This document shows, piece after piece, positions 42,401-54,757 of a stretch of DNA of 64,000 bases. Position 1 is the first letter of the stretch. Every line of letters starts with the position of its first letter. Under the pieces are notes generated by a model that saw only the letters and a program-made list of their open reading frames with translations, searched no databases and was not told the DNA's origin. The stretch is taken from the NCBI GenBank assembly GCA_028826165.1, contig JAPDFW010000059.1, positions 1 to 64,000 of the forward strand. Direction: 5' to 3'. This DNA comes from Anaeramoeba ignava BMAN (taxonomy: Eukaryota > Protista > Anaeramoebae). The position numbers were made by a program, and so were the translations under genes.

Positions 42401-44887
42401 CCTTCTATTGAAAATCCTCATATTAAATATTTAATGACAAAACATGCTCAATTCAAAATTGGGTATTATGAATTAAACGGAAGAAGACCTTCAATGGAGG
42501 ATTCTATTGATATTAAATGCAATTGTTGTGACGATCCAAATATTAGTTATTTTGCCGTTTTCGATGGTCATGGTGGTCGAGAATGTGCAAATCAAGCTGG
42601 TCTTTTAATTGCTCATATGCTAGAAAAAAGGATCAAAAAGCTATTCCATTTTTTCCATCAAAAAGGTATCTATTATATTATTTTATATTATTTTATTTTT
42701 TTCTTTTCAATTTAAATTTTTTTAAAAATATTTCTCTAATTTAATCAAAAAAAAAAATATAAGAAAATTATTCAAAAAAATTCAATGAAATCAAAGATAT
42801 CTATCAGAACACTTTTGAGAAATTTAATACAAAATTTGCTGAATTGAAAGATCAAAGTGGAACAACAGCTGTTACAGCTTTAGTAATTGGATCAAAATGT
42901 TATGTTGCAAATTCAGGAGATTCACGTTGTGTTTTATGTAGAGATGGTCATGGAATTAGAGTTTCAACAGATCATAAACCACAAGAAGCTTCAGAAAAGA
43001 AAAGGATAATTGATAAAGGAGGTTTTGTAAGTGATGATGGAAGAATTAATGGAATTTTAGGAGTTTCTCGCAGTTTAGGTTGATAGAACAATTTTAATTC
43101 AATTTAATTTGATTTAATTTAATTTAATTTAATTTAATTTGATTTGATTTAATTTAATTTAATTTAATTTGATTTGATTTGATTTGATTTAATTTAATTT
43201 AATTCAATTTAATTTAATTTAATTTAATTCAATTTGATTTGATTTGATTTAATTTAATTTAATTTAATTTAATTTAATTTTAAATTTAATTTAATTTAAT
43301 TCAATTTAATTTAATTCAATTTAATTTGATTTAATTTAATTTAATTTAATTTAATTTAATTTGATTTGATTCAATTTAATTTGATTTAATTTAATTTAAT
43401 TCAATTTAATTTAATTTAATTTAATTCAATTTAATTTAATTTTAATTTAATTTAATTTAATTTAATTTAATTTGATTTAATTTGATTTGATTTAATTTAA
43501 TTTAAAATATTCAATTTAATTTAATTTTAATTTAATTTAATTTAATTTAATTTAATTTAATTTAATTTAATTTAAATTTCAATTTAATTTGATTTAATTT
43601 AATTTAATTTAATTTAATTCAATTTAATTTGATTTGATTTAATTTAATTTAATTTAATTTAATTTAATTTAAAAATTTAATTTAATTTAATTTGATTTAA
43701 TTTAATTTAATTTAATTTAATTTAATTTAATTTAATTTAATTTAATTTAATTTAATTCAATTTAATTTAATTTAATTTAATTTAATTTAATTTAATTTAA
43801 TTTGATTTAATTTTAATTTAAATTTAATTTAATTTAATTTAATTTAATTTAATTCAATTTGATTTAATTTAATTTATTTGATTTTAATTTAATTTAATTT
43901 AATTTAATTTAATTTAATTTAATTTAATTTAATTTAATTTAATTTAATTCAATTTAATTTAATTTAATTTAATTTAATTTAATTTAATTTAATTTAATTT
44001 AATTTAATTTAATTTAATTTAATTTAATTTAATTTGATTTGATTTAATTTAATTTAATTTAATTTAATTCAAAATTAATTTAATTTAATTTAATTTAATT
44101 TAATTTAATTTAATTTAATTTAAAAGGTGATTTCCAATTTCATCCATACCTGAGTTGGAAACCAGATATCTTTGAAATTAATATCGAAAAAAGAAACTCA
44201 CATCTAATTTTGGCTTGTGATGGGTTATGGGATGTTGTTTCTGATGATGAAGCAGCAATGCTTGTTTATAATGTTTCTGATCCTTATGAAGCATCAATTA
44301 AATTAATTAATCTTGCTTATAATCGTGGAAGTACAGATAATATTTCTGTTATTGTTATTCAATTCTTCCCTCAAGAAAATTCTCAAAATCAAGAAGCAAT
44401 CCAAAATATTATGATTAAAACTCGTGAAAATTATAAACAAGAAAAAATGCAAGATCGAGATCGAGATTCAATTTGGAATCAAAAATCAAAAAAAGTTATT
44501 CAAGAAATTCAAGAACAAAATGAAAAAGAAAAAACTGAAACAGAATCAAAAAATCAAAATCAAAATCAAAATCAAAATCAAAATCATAATCATAATCACA
44601 ATCAAAATCAAAATCACAATCATAATCAAAATCATAATAACAATCGCAATAGAAATCACAATCACAATCACAATCACAATCACAATTATCCAAATAAAAA
44701 TGGATGTCCAGAATCAAAAAAACAAATTCAAATTCAAATTTACAATCAACCAAAAATTCAACCAAAAATTCAATCAAAAATTCAAAATCAAAATCAAAAT
44801 CAAAATCAAAATCAAAATCAAGATCAAAACCAAAATCAAAACCAAGAACAAAATCAAGATTTAAAAAATCAAAAAATCAAGAATTAA
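39487..44887 (+). CDS. LRR + PP2C phosphatase (PHLPP-like); exons 39487-41405 (frameshift in the E/K/N tract), 41779-42665, 42764-43078, 44127-44887
   Basis: Many LxxLxLSxNxI repeats; PP2C motifs GRRPSMED, VFDGHGG, SGTTA, ANSGDSR, DHKP, GVSRSLGD, ACDGLWD, GSTDNISV. Confidence 0.9.
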
Positions 44888-45269
44888 ATCGAGAGTAAAA
44901 AGAAATAAATTATTCGAAAACATGGAGCCAAGTTTATAGTTTCAATTTATCTTAAAACTTCTTTAAAATAGTTTTTTTTTTTACTCAATTCAATTTAATT
45001 CTTTTTTTTTTCTTTTAAAAAATCAAATCTTTTTTTTATTATATTTTTTTTTTATTTTTTATTTTTATAAGTAGTCAAAAAAAAGAAAATGTACAATTTT
45101 TAGTGAAGGAAAATGAAGAAAAGAAAATTGAAAAGAAAATTGAAAAGAAAAGAAAAGAGAAGAAGAAAGTTACTGAAATTATTAAAAAAAAAAAGGAGAA
45201 CATAAAAAGAAAAACTCCAACTCTAAAACTATCATTAAATGTTAAAAAAAAAACCAAAACCAAACTTTT

Positions 45270-47180
45270 TTGATTTTAATTTTGATTTAAATTTGATTTA
45301 AATTTGATTTAAATTTGATTTGAATTTGATATAAATTTGATTTAATTTTGATTTAATTTTGATTTAATTTTGATTTAAATTTGATTTAATTTTGATTTAA
45401 TTTTGATTTAATTTTGATTTAAATTTGATTTAAATTTGATTTAAATTTGATTTAAATTTGATTTAAATTTGATTTAAATTTGATTTAAATTTGATTTAAA
45501 TTTGATTTAAATTTGATTTAAATTTGATTTAAATTTGATTTAAATTTGATTTAAATTTGATTTAAATTTGATTTAAATTTGATTTAAATTTGATTTGATT
45601 TAAATTTGATTTGAATTTGATTTAATTTTGATTTAAATTTGATTTAAATTTGATTTAAATTTGATTTAAAATTTGATTTAATTTTGATTTAATTTGATTT
45701 TAAATTTGATTTAATTTTTGATTTAAATTTGATTTAAATTTGATTTAAATTTTGATTTAATTTTGATTTAAATTTGATTTAAATTTGATTTAATTTTGAT
45801 TTAAATTTGATTTAAATTTGATTTAAATTTGATTTAAATTTGATTTAATTTTGATTTAAATTTGATTTAAATTTGATTTAAATTTGATTTAAATTTGATT
45901 TAATTTGATTTAAATTTTGATTTAAATTTTGATTTAAATTTGATTTAAATTTGATTTAAATTTGATTTAAATTTGATTTAAATTTTTTTGATTTAAATTT
46001 GATTTAAATTTGATTTAAATTTGATTTAAATTTAATTTAAATTTTGATTTAAATTTGATTTAAATTTGATTTAAATTTGATTTAAATTTGATTTAATTTG
46101 ATTTAAATTTGATTTAGAAAAATTTTTGATTTAAATTTGATTTAAATTTGATTTAAATTTGATTTAAATTTGATTTAAATTTTGATTTAATTTTGATTTA
46201 GAATTTGATTTAAATTTGATTTAAATTAAATTTAAATTTGATTTAAATTTGATTTAAATTTGATTTAAATTTGATTTAAAATTTGATTTAGGTAAATTTG
46301 AAATTTGATTTCAATTTTTGATTTAAAAATTTTGATTAATTTGATTTAAAATTTTTGATTTAAATTTGATTTAAATTTGATTTTTCAAAATTTAAATTTG
46401 ATTTAAATTTGATTTAATTTGATTTAAATTTGATTTAAATTTGATTTAAATTTGAATTTTGATTTGAATTTCAAATTTGATTTAAATTTGATTTCTTTTT
46501 GATTTAAATTTGATTTAAATTTGATTTAAAAGTGGAAAATTTTTGATTTAAATTTGATTTAAATTCATTGAAATTTTGATTTGGAAAATTTGATTTAAAT
46601 CGATTTAAATTTGATTTAAATTGGATTTAAATTTTGATTTAAATTTGATTTAAATTTGATTTGATTTAAATTGATGATCAATTTAAAAATTTTGAGAATT
46701 TGATTTAAATTTGATTTAAATTTGATTTAATTTGATTTAAATTTGATTTAAATTTGATTTAAATTTGATTTAAATTGATTTAAATTTGATTTAATTTGAT
46801 TCAAAATTTGAAGAAATTTTGAAAAAAAAAAAATTTAAATTTGATAAAATTTTGATTTAAATTTGATTTTTAAATTTGATTTAAATTTGATTTAAATTTG
46901 ATTTAAATTTGATTTAATTTTGATTTAAATTTGATTTAAATTTGATATAAATTTGATTTAATTTTGATTTAAATTTGATTTAATTTTGATTTAAATTTGA
47001 TATAAATTTGATTTAAATTTGATATAAATTTGATTTAAATTTGATTTAAATTTGATTTAAATTTGATTTAAATTTGATTTAAATTTGATTTAATTTTGAT
47101 TTAATTTTGATTTAATTTTGATTTAATTTTGATTTGAATTTGATATAAATTTGATTTAAATTTGATTTAATTTTGATTTA
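45270..47180. repeat. (TTTGATTTAAA)n 11-mer tandem array, ~1.9 kb
   Basis: Long perfect runs with degenerate patches. Confidence 0.95.
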
Positions 47181-47216
47181 AGTTTGGTTTGGTTTGGTTT
47201 TTTAGAAAAAATTTTT

Positions 47217-48723
47217 TTAATTGTCATTTGAATATTCAGAATTAGATTCATCTTCATCTTCATCTTCATCAGATAAACTTCGTTTTTTTTTTTTAATTTT
47301 TGTTGAGAATCGTGTTTTGATTTTTGTTTTTCTTCTTGATTGTTCATTCAGAGTTAAAGGAACAACAAATTTTTGAAATTCTTTTTTAAGATCTTCTTCT
47401 TTTTTCAAAATATGCAATATTTCAGGTAAACCATCAGAAATATTAATTTCATTGTCTTCAATTTGTTGAATAATCTTGATAAATTTATTAGATTTTTCAG
47501 GTTTTGAAGAGAATCTTGCATTAACATTATTGATTAAGGATATTGCATCTTGTAATCTTTTCTTTTCAAAAAGATTTGATTTATTTTGTTCATCATCAAT
47601 AACAAGTTCATTCAAATTTTCTTCATTTTCAATTTCATTTTGAATTTCAATTTCATTTTGATTTTGATTTTGAATTTGATTTTCATTTTCATTTTGTTCT
47701 TGATCTTTTGGAATTAATTGTATTTGTTGAGAAAAAATTGGATGACCTGAAAAAATGAAATTTTTGAAAAGTGGAATCAAATCAGGTTTGTTTTCTAAAA
47801 TATTTTCAATAAGATGAGAAGCCTCATTTTGTGTTATATTCCCTGAACTGTAGGCATTAATAAGATAAAATATTTCTTGAGTCTTATTTGGTTCGTTTTG
47901 GAAAGTCGATGAAACTAAATCAATCAAACTCATTACTCCTCTAGCATTTGCCAGTTCATGTGGATTTGTATCCCTATGGATCCCATAGATCGTAAATTTG
48001 GACAATTTGGAAAAAAATGTTACATGCAAAATATTGAATATAAGTCAAAAAATTGTTGAAAAAATATTAAAAAAAAAAAAACGATCCAAAATAAAAAAAA
48101 AATTTAATAAAAAAAGAAAAAAATATTTTTTTGTTCGTTAGTTAAATTGTTTGAAAAAGAAGATAAAATAACCATAAAAATTGTATGGATCTATTTTATA
48201 TTTACTGGGGATGTTGATGGTGTGGTGTGAGTGATAACGGAGGATGTTGGAAATTTCTAGAAAACAAGAAAATTAAGTTTCCAAAAAAATAAGAAAAAAA
48301 AAAGAAATTAAAAGAAAAAAAAATAAAAGAAAAAAAAAATAAATCAAATGTTTAAAAGATAATTGTTTACTGTATTGACATATTTTGAAAGAATGGATAG
48401 GCTGAATGTGGTAAATGATGGTGATTTTGTAAGTGATTCAAATGGTAAGAAGGATAACTAAAATTATAAGGAAATGAAGAGAGTTGAAATGGATAATAAT
48501 TCGCTGTTTGTTGAAGAAAATGAGGTGTTGTGTTCATAAATGAATGATTTGTGTTTGGGTTTATATGTGAATGTTGTTGTTGTTCTAATTCAAATTGACT
48601 TTGTTGATCTTGATTTGTATCATTTGCAGTTGGGTTAATTATTTGATTAGTGTTTTGATTTTCTACTGAGTTATTGAGATCTTCACTTGATTGATTTGAT
48701 TCTTGTTTATTTTGTTGACTCAT
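47217..48723 (-). CDS. Small protein with two PAH (Sin3-type paired amphipathic helix) domains; exons 48723-48371, 48256-48206, 47973-47217
   Basis: PAH-like segments SLIDLVSSTFQNEPNKTQEIFYLINAY..ILENKPDLIPLFKNFI and DAISLINNVNARFSSKPEK..EDLKKEFQKFVVP; Q/H-rich N-terminus; basic NLS-like and acidic tail. Confidence 0.7.
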
Positions 48724-49069
48724 TTAAAAAAAAATTTATTTATTTTTGTTTTTTTTTTATATTGAAAGAAAAAAAAAAAGACTTTTTTCTATTTTAGAAG
48801 AAGAAAAAAATGTGGGAAATTTAACTAAAAAATTAATTTTTATTTTTTTTTATTTTTTTTTAAAATTTAACAATTACAATTTAAAAATTCATTATTTGCC
48901 CTCAATTTAACTTTTAAAATAAATAAATTGATATTAAATATTTGCTTTTCCAATTTTCAAATAAAAAAAAAAAAATTTTCTTTTTATTTCTTTTTTAAAA
49001 CCAAAGGTAAATTATTAATTTGCAAAGGGGATCGATTTGGAGACAATCATTTATTTTTTTAATAAAATT

Positions 49070-50905
49070 AAAATAAAAATAGATTAAAATAAGATTAAAA
49101 ATAGATTAAAAGATAAAAACAATTAAAAATAATTAAAAATGGAAAAAATAAAAAATTGGAATGGATTAAAAAATTAAAAAAGATTAAAAATAATTACGAT
49201 TAAAAATATATTAAAAATATATTAAAAAAATAAAATTAAAAATAGATTAAAAATATATTAAAATATATTAAAAATAATTAAAAAAATATTAAAAATTGGA
49301 TTAAAAATATTAAAAATATGGATTAAAAATTAAAAATATATTAAAAATTAATTAAAAATATATTAAAAATATATTAAAAATATATTAAAAAAATATGGAT
49401 TAAAAATGGATTAAAAAAAAATTAAAAATATATTAAAAATGGATTAAAAATTGGATTAAAAATTGGATTAAAAAATATATTAAAAATATATTAAAAAATA
49501 TTAAAAATGGATTAAAAATATATTAAAAATATATAAAAAATATATTAAAAAATATTAAAAAATATTAAAAATATATTAAAAATATATTAAAAAATATTAC
49601 AAATTGGATTAAAAATATATTAAAAAAATATATTAAAAATTGGATTAAAAATATGATTAAAAAATATTAAAAATTGGATTAAAAAATATGGATTAAAAAT
49701 ATATTAAAAATGGATTAAAAATATATTAAAAATATATTATTAAAAAATTAAAAATATATTAAAAAATATTAAAAAAATGGATTAAAAAATATATTAAAAA
49801 TATATTAAAAATATATTAAAAATTATTAAAAATATATTTATTAAAAATTGATTAAAATTAAAAAATATATAAAAATTTGATTAAAAATTGATTAAAAAAT
49901 ATGGGTTAAAATTAAAAAATATATAAAAATTTGATTAAAAATTGGATTAAAAAAATGGATTAAAAAAAATTAAAAATTGATTAAAAAATTAAAAAATAAA
50001 AATATATTAAAAATGGATTAAAAAATTAAAAATATATTAAAAATATATTAAAAATTTGGGGATTAAAAATGGATTAGTAAAATATATTAAAAATATATTA
50101 AAAATTGATTAAAAATATAATTCCATTAAAAAATTGGATTAAAATGGATTAAAAATTGGATTAAAAAAAAATATATTAAAAATGGATTAAAAAATTATAT
50201 TAAAAATATATTAAAAATATTAAAAATATATTAAAAATTGGATTAAAAAAAATTAAAAAATATATTAAAAATTGGATTAAAAATATATTAAAAATTGATT
50301 TATATTAAAAATTGGATTAAAAATGGATTAAAAAATAAAAATGGATAAAAATTGGATTAAAAATATTAAAAAATATATTAAAAATATATTAAAAAATATA
50401 TTAAAAATATATTTGTCAAAAATATATTAAAAATATATTAAAAATGGATTAAAAATATATTAAAAATTGATTAAAAATAGATTAAAAATATATTAAAAAT
50501 TGATTAAAAATATATTAAAAATTGGATTAAAAATAGATTAAAAATTGATTAAAAATGAGTTAAAAATATAAAAAAAATTGATTAAAAATTATTAAAATTG
50601 ATTAAAAAATTAAAAATTGATTAAAAATGGATTAAAAAATTAAAAATATATTAAAAATTGGACTAAAAAAAATATATTAAAAATATATTATTAAAAATTG
50701 GATTAAAAATATATTAAAAATATATTAAAATATATTAAAAATGGATTAAAAATAAAAATTAAAAATATTAAAAATATATTAAAAATTGATTAAAAATGGA
50801 TTAAAAAAAACATATTAAAAAAATTAAAAAAATTAAAAATTAAAAATATATTAAAAATTGGATTAAAAATATATTAAAAAATTGGATTAAAAAATGGATT
50901 AAAAA
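49070..50905. repeat. Degenerate (ATTAAAAAT-AT/GG/TG)n ~11-mer array, ~1.8 kb
   Basis: Units ATTAAAAATAT, ATTAAAAATGG and ATTAAAAATTG(G) interspersed. Confidence 0.9.
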
Positions 50906-51192
50906 ATCCATAATTTAAAATAATTATTAAAATTAAATTATTTAAAAAAATAAAATAAATTTTAATAAATTTTTAATTAAAGGACTCGCCATTTTTTAAA
51001 ATATGGAATTTAAAATTTTAATTTTTAATTTTAATTTTAAATTGTGATTGGTTATCAATACAATTGCCGAGTAAAATTTATTTAAAAAATTAATTTGAAG
51101 GTTTTTTTATCTAAAAATAGATAAAAAGAGCTTTGAATTAAAAAATTTTTTTTTTAAATTAATAATTTTTTAAAATAATTAATAAACTGAAA

Positions 51193-51205
51193 TTACGTCA
51201 CCAAT
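51193..51205. promoter_or_regulatory. CRE/ATF-like TTACGTCA abutting CCAAT upstream of the bZIP gene
   Basis: TTACGTCACCAAT in an otherwise nearly GC-free region; a second ATTGG at ~51047. Confidence 0.45.
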
Positions 51206-51461
51206 TTATTTTTAATTTAAAATTTTTTTTTTTAATTTTTTTTTTTTCATTTTTCATTTGTATCTAAATTTTTTTTTTTTTTGATATCTTTTGATTTAGG
51301 AATAGTTGGGAAAAAAACCTTCTCTTTTTAGAAGTGTACCAAAGAATAAAAGAGTCAAATTCTCCTTAAAAAAAACAAACAAACAAAAAAAAAACAACAA
51401 CAAAAGAATCAAAAACATTGAAAGCTTTAAAAACCAAGTGCTTGACAAATCTATCAAAGTC

Positions 51462-52232
51462 ATGGATCCATTATCTGATAATTATTTTGATAATTTCATT
51501 TCTGATTCTAATTTCGGAATTGATTTTGGAATTGACATTGACAATTTTTCGAAAAATTTTGGAAATCAAGAATATCCTTCTTTTGAATCAATTGAAAGTT
51601 TGAAAAATTTTGCGAATGATTTCACAACACAATTAGAAGAGAACACAATTTTTACTCCTTTTTCATCAGATAAAGAAATGCTTAGTAAATTTGATGATTA
51701 TAATATTTCTATTGAAAATGAAAGCAATAAAAATAAAGTTAAAAATGAAAGCAATAAAAATAAAGTTGAAAATGAAAGCAATAAAAATCAAGTTGAAAAT
51801 GAAAGCAATAAAAATAAAGTTGAAAATGAAAGCAATAAAAATCAAGTCGAAAATGAAAGCAATAAAAATAAAGTTGAAAAAATTAATCTAAAAGAAAAAA
51901 AACCAAAAAGTCAAGCCAAAAAAATTGTACCAAAACAAAGAAAAAAACGAAAATCCAAAAACAGCAAAATTTCAAAAGAAGAACAACGCAAAATCAAACT
52001 TGAAAGAAACAGAATAAATGCAAAAAAATCACGAGAAAGAAAAAAGATTTACATTGAGAATTTAGAAAATGAAGTTACTGTCCTTCGTGATGACAAGAAA
52101 AGTTTAACTGAAAAATTGGAACATCTTAATACTCAAAATGAACAACTTCAATCAGAAGTCCAAGAACTTCGAAATCTTCTTCAACAATTTTCCAATGATG
52201 AGACTCTTGAAATTCCTTCCAAAAAAAATTAA
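51462..52232 (+). CDS. bZIP transcription factor (CREB/ATF-like basic region)
   Basis: RKIKLERNRINAKKSRERKKIYIENLE plus leucine heptads; first ATG at 51462; six 27-bp ENESNKNKV repeats at ~51714-51876. Confidence 0.88.
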   Translation: MDPLSDNYFDNFISDSNFGIDFGIDIDNFSKNFGNQEYPSFESIESLKNFANDFTTQLEENTIFTPFSSDKEMLSKFDDYNISIENESNKNKVKNESNKNKVENESNKNQVENESNKNKVENESNKNQVENESNKNKVEKINLKEKKPKSQAKKIVPKQRKKRKSKNSKISKEEQRKIKLERNRINAKKSRERKKIYIENLENEVTVLRDDKKSLTEKLEHLNTQNEQLQSEVQELRNLLQQFSNDETLEIPSKKN

Positions 52233-52632
52233 GGATTTTGTGTTTATTTTGTAAATTAAATTAAATTAAATTAAATTTGATTTGATTTGGTTCTTTAAAT
52301 TTTGATAAAAAAGATGAAACAGGAGAAATAATTATTCGTTCTTTCCAAAAACAGCAAACAAACAAAAACAACACAAACAGTTTCTGAGATTCCAAATGAC
52401 CGTTTTTATTTTTGATTCATTTTTGATTCATTTTTCATTCATTTTTCATTCATTTTTCATTCATTTATAATTTTTTGTGTATTTTTTCCATCCTTAATCA
52501 ATTTTAATTTTGATTTTGAATTTGTTTTGAATTTGTTTACAATATAAAAATAAAAACGGATTTTTATAGAAACTGTAAAAAAAAAATTGAAAAATTTTTT
52601 CATTTTTTTTCTTTTTCATTTTTAAAAAGAAA

Positions 52633-54568
52633 ATGAATGAACCAAATCTTTATGCACTTTTTAATCTTTCTCCAAATGTAAATTAAAATTTCAAAAATTA
52701 AAATTATTTATAAATTTTCTTATATAAAATTTTAATAAAAAAATTAAGGCAACTGATGATGAAATTAAAACTTCTTTTAGAAAACATAGTTTAATTGCTC
52801 ATCCAGATCGACAAAAACCTGAACATCAAGAAAAAGCGTATAATCTTTTTTCTTTATTAAAAGAAGCTCGAGATATTCTTTTAAATCCTCAAACAAGAAA
52901 TGCTTACGATTCTCATGGATTTTTGTATGTCCAAAAACTAATGAATCGTTCTATCCAAAATCCAAATGAAAAATCAACAAAAGAAGAGAATTTCTTCTCA
53001 AAAAATTTGCAAAAAAATAAAAGTTTTACTTTCTCACAAAATTCTCGAGTTTTGTCAAAAAACTTCTTCCATTTTGCAACAGATTTAAATACTTTTAACT
53101 TGACGAAAAATTCATCGCTTCTTGGCTCAGCAAAAATTCATGAATCCTTCATTTCTCACCATTTCTTGAAGGAATTGAGCCCTTATAACCATCTTGAATT
53201 TGGAGTTATTATTTCTGGTTCAAAATATCAACAACCTCAATCTAATTTAGATATTGCCTTGAATAGATACTTAACAAATTTAAAAAAACCCAGTGTTATT
53301 GGTTTAGGTTTTAGTCTCAAAAATTCGCATCCTATTTTTGATGTATTTTTCAAATCCAAATTATCTCCTTCAATTACAACATCCCTCAGCATAGTTGCTC
53401 CAGATCCAATTCGGAAAATAAAAAACAACAAAGCTATAGGCATTAATTTACTTTCCGGTCTTACTAATGCTTCCTTTGGATTACAGAAACGTTTTATGGG
53501 GTATTGGACCTTGTCTTTGAATTTGGCAATCCCTTATCTTGCTCCTGTTATTTCTCTTAATCGGCAAACTCCTACATCCAACATTCATGGATCATTTAAC
53601 TTAATTTCCCAAGCTCTACGGCTCGGTGGCTCAAAGATTATTGATCCAAAAACTTCAATTCTTGTCGATAGTTCCTTTCGCAATATTTTTTTATGGAAAA
53701 GTTTGAAGATGTATGGCGTTCCTAAATCTGAAATTTTTACCCATTATTCTACACATTCATTTGGCTTTCATCACCAAATTTCTAATGATATGAGCCTTTC
53801 TTCAAGTTTGGTTCTTGAATCAGCTCAAATTCATTCATCCTTTCAGTAAATATATTCAATATCAATATTCAATATTAAATTGAATCAAATCTTTTTTTTT
53901 TTTTCTTTCTTTCAAGATTATCAACATTGGAACAGGATTTTCATTTCCCAGTTAGTCTTTCACCTAAAATTAACCTTAAAACATTTTCCAAATATGTTTT
54001 AATTCCTTCTTCCATTATTGGATTAACTTACTATTTTTTACTCAAACCATTTTTAAGAGAAAAAGAAAAAAAGTAAGATCCATTCATTCCACTTTTTTTA
54101 CAATAATTTCACAATAATAATATTTAAAATATTTTTCTTTTTGGTTTGGTTTAATTTAGAAAAATTATTAAACAACGTCAAGAATTTGCGATCGAAATCA
54201 ATTTCCAAAAGGAAAAAGCAAATCAAGAAAGAGAAGAAATTTTAGAAGAATTTTCTGAGAAATTGAAATTGGAAAAAGAAAAAAATGGATTGATCATAAT
54301 TGAAGCTAAATATGGAAATTACAACTTCTCAGAAATTTCTGGTGATTTTCCTTCTATTATTGATGTAACTTTGCCTATTCAATTTTACGTTCGCAATTCA
54401 TCTTTATTTTTAGGTAGTTTTTCTAAATCTAATTTAATTGGTATTTATGATCCTTGTCCTTTAGAAAGGAAACAATTAAAAATTAAATATTCTTTGAATG
54501 GAAAAGAATATTTAATCGTAAAAAATGATTTTGAAGAAATTGAAATTCCAAAAAAGAAAAAAGTTTAA
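52633..54568 (+). CDS. DNAJC11: DNAJC11-like J-protein; exons 52633-52677, 52749-53845, 53917-54072, 54160-54568
   Basis: J domain with HPD; beta-rich middle; C-terminal GLIIIEAKYG..IDVTLPIQ..SKSNLIGIYDPCP..KQLKIKY (DUF3395-type). Confidence 0.85.
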
Positions 54569-54757
54569 ATAAATAGATTATAAAAAAAAAAAATAGATAA
54601 ATTGAAAAGTGGATTTTGTTTAAACAAAAAATAAAGATAAAGATCTTTTTGTTTTTTAATTTTACAAGTGACATTGATAAAACTATTTTAAAAAAAAAAT
54701 TTATTTTTCATTTTTTCATTTTTTCATTTTTTCATTTTTTCATTTCAAAAAAAATTA

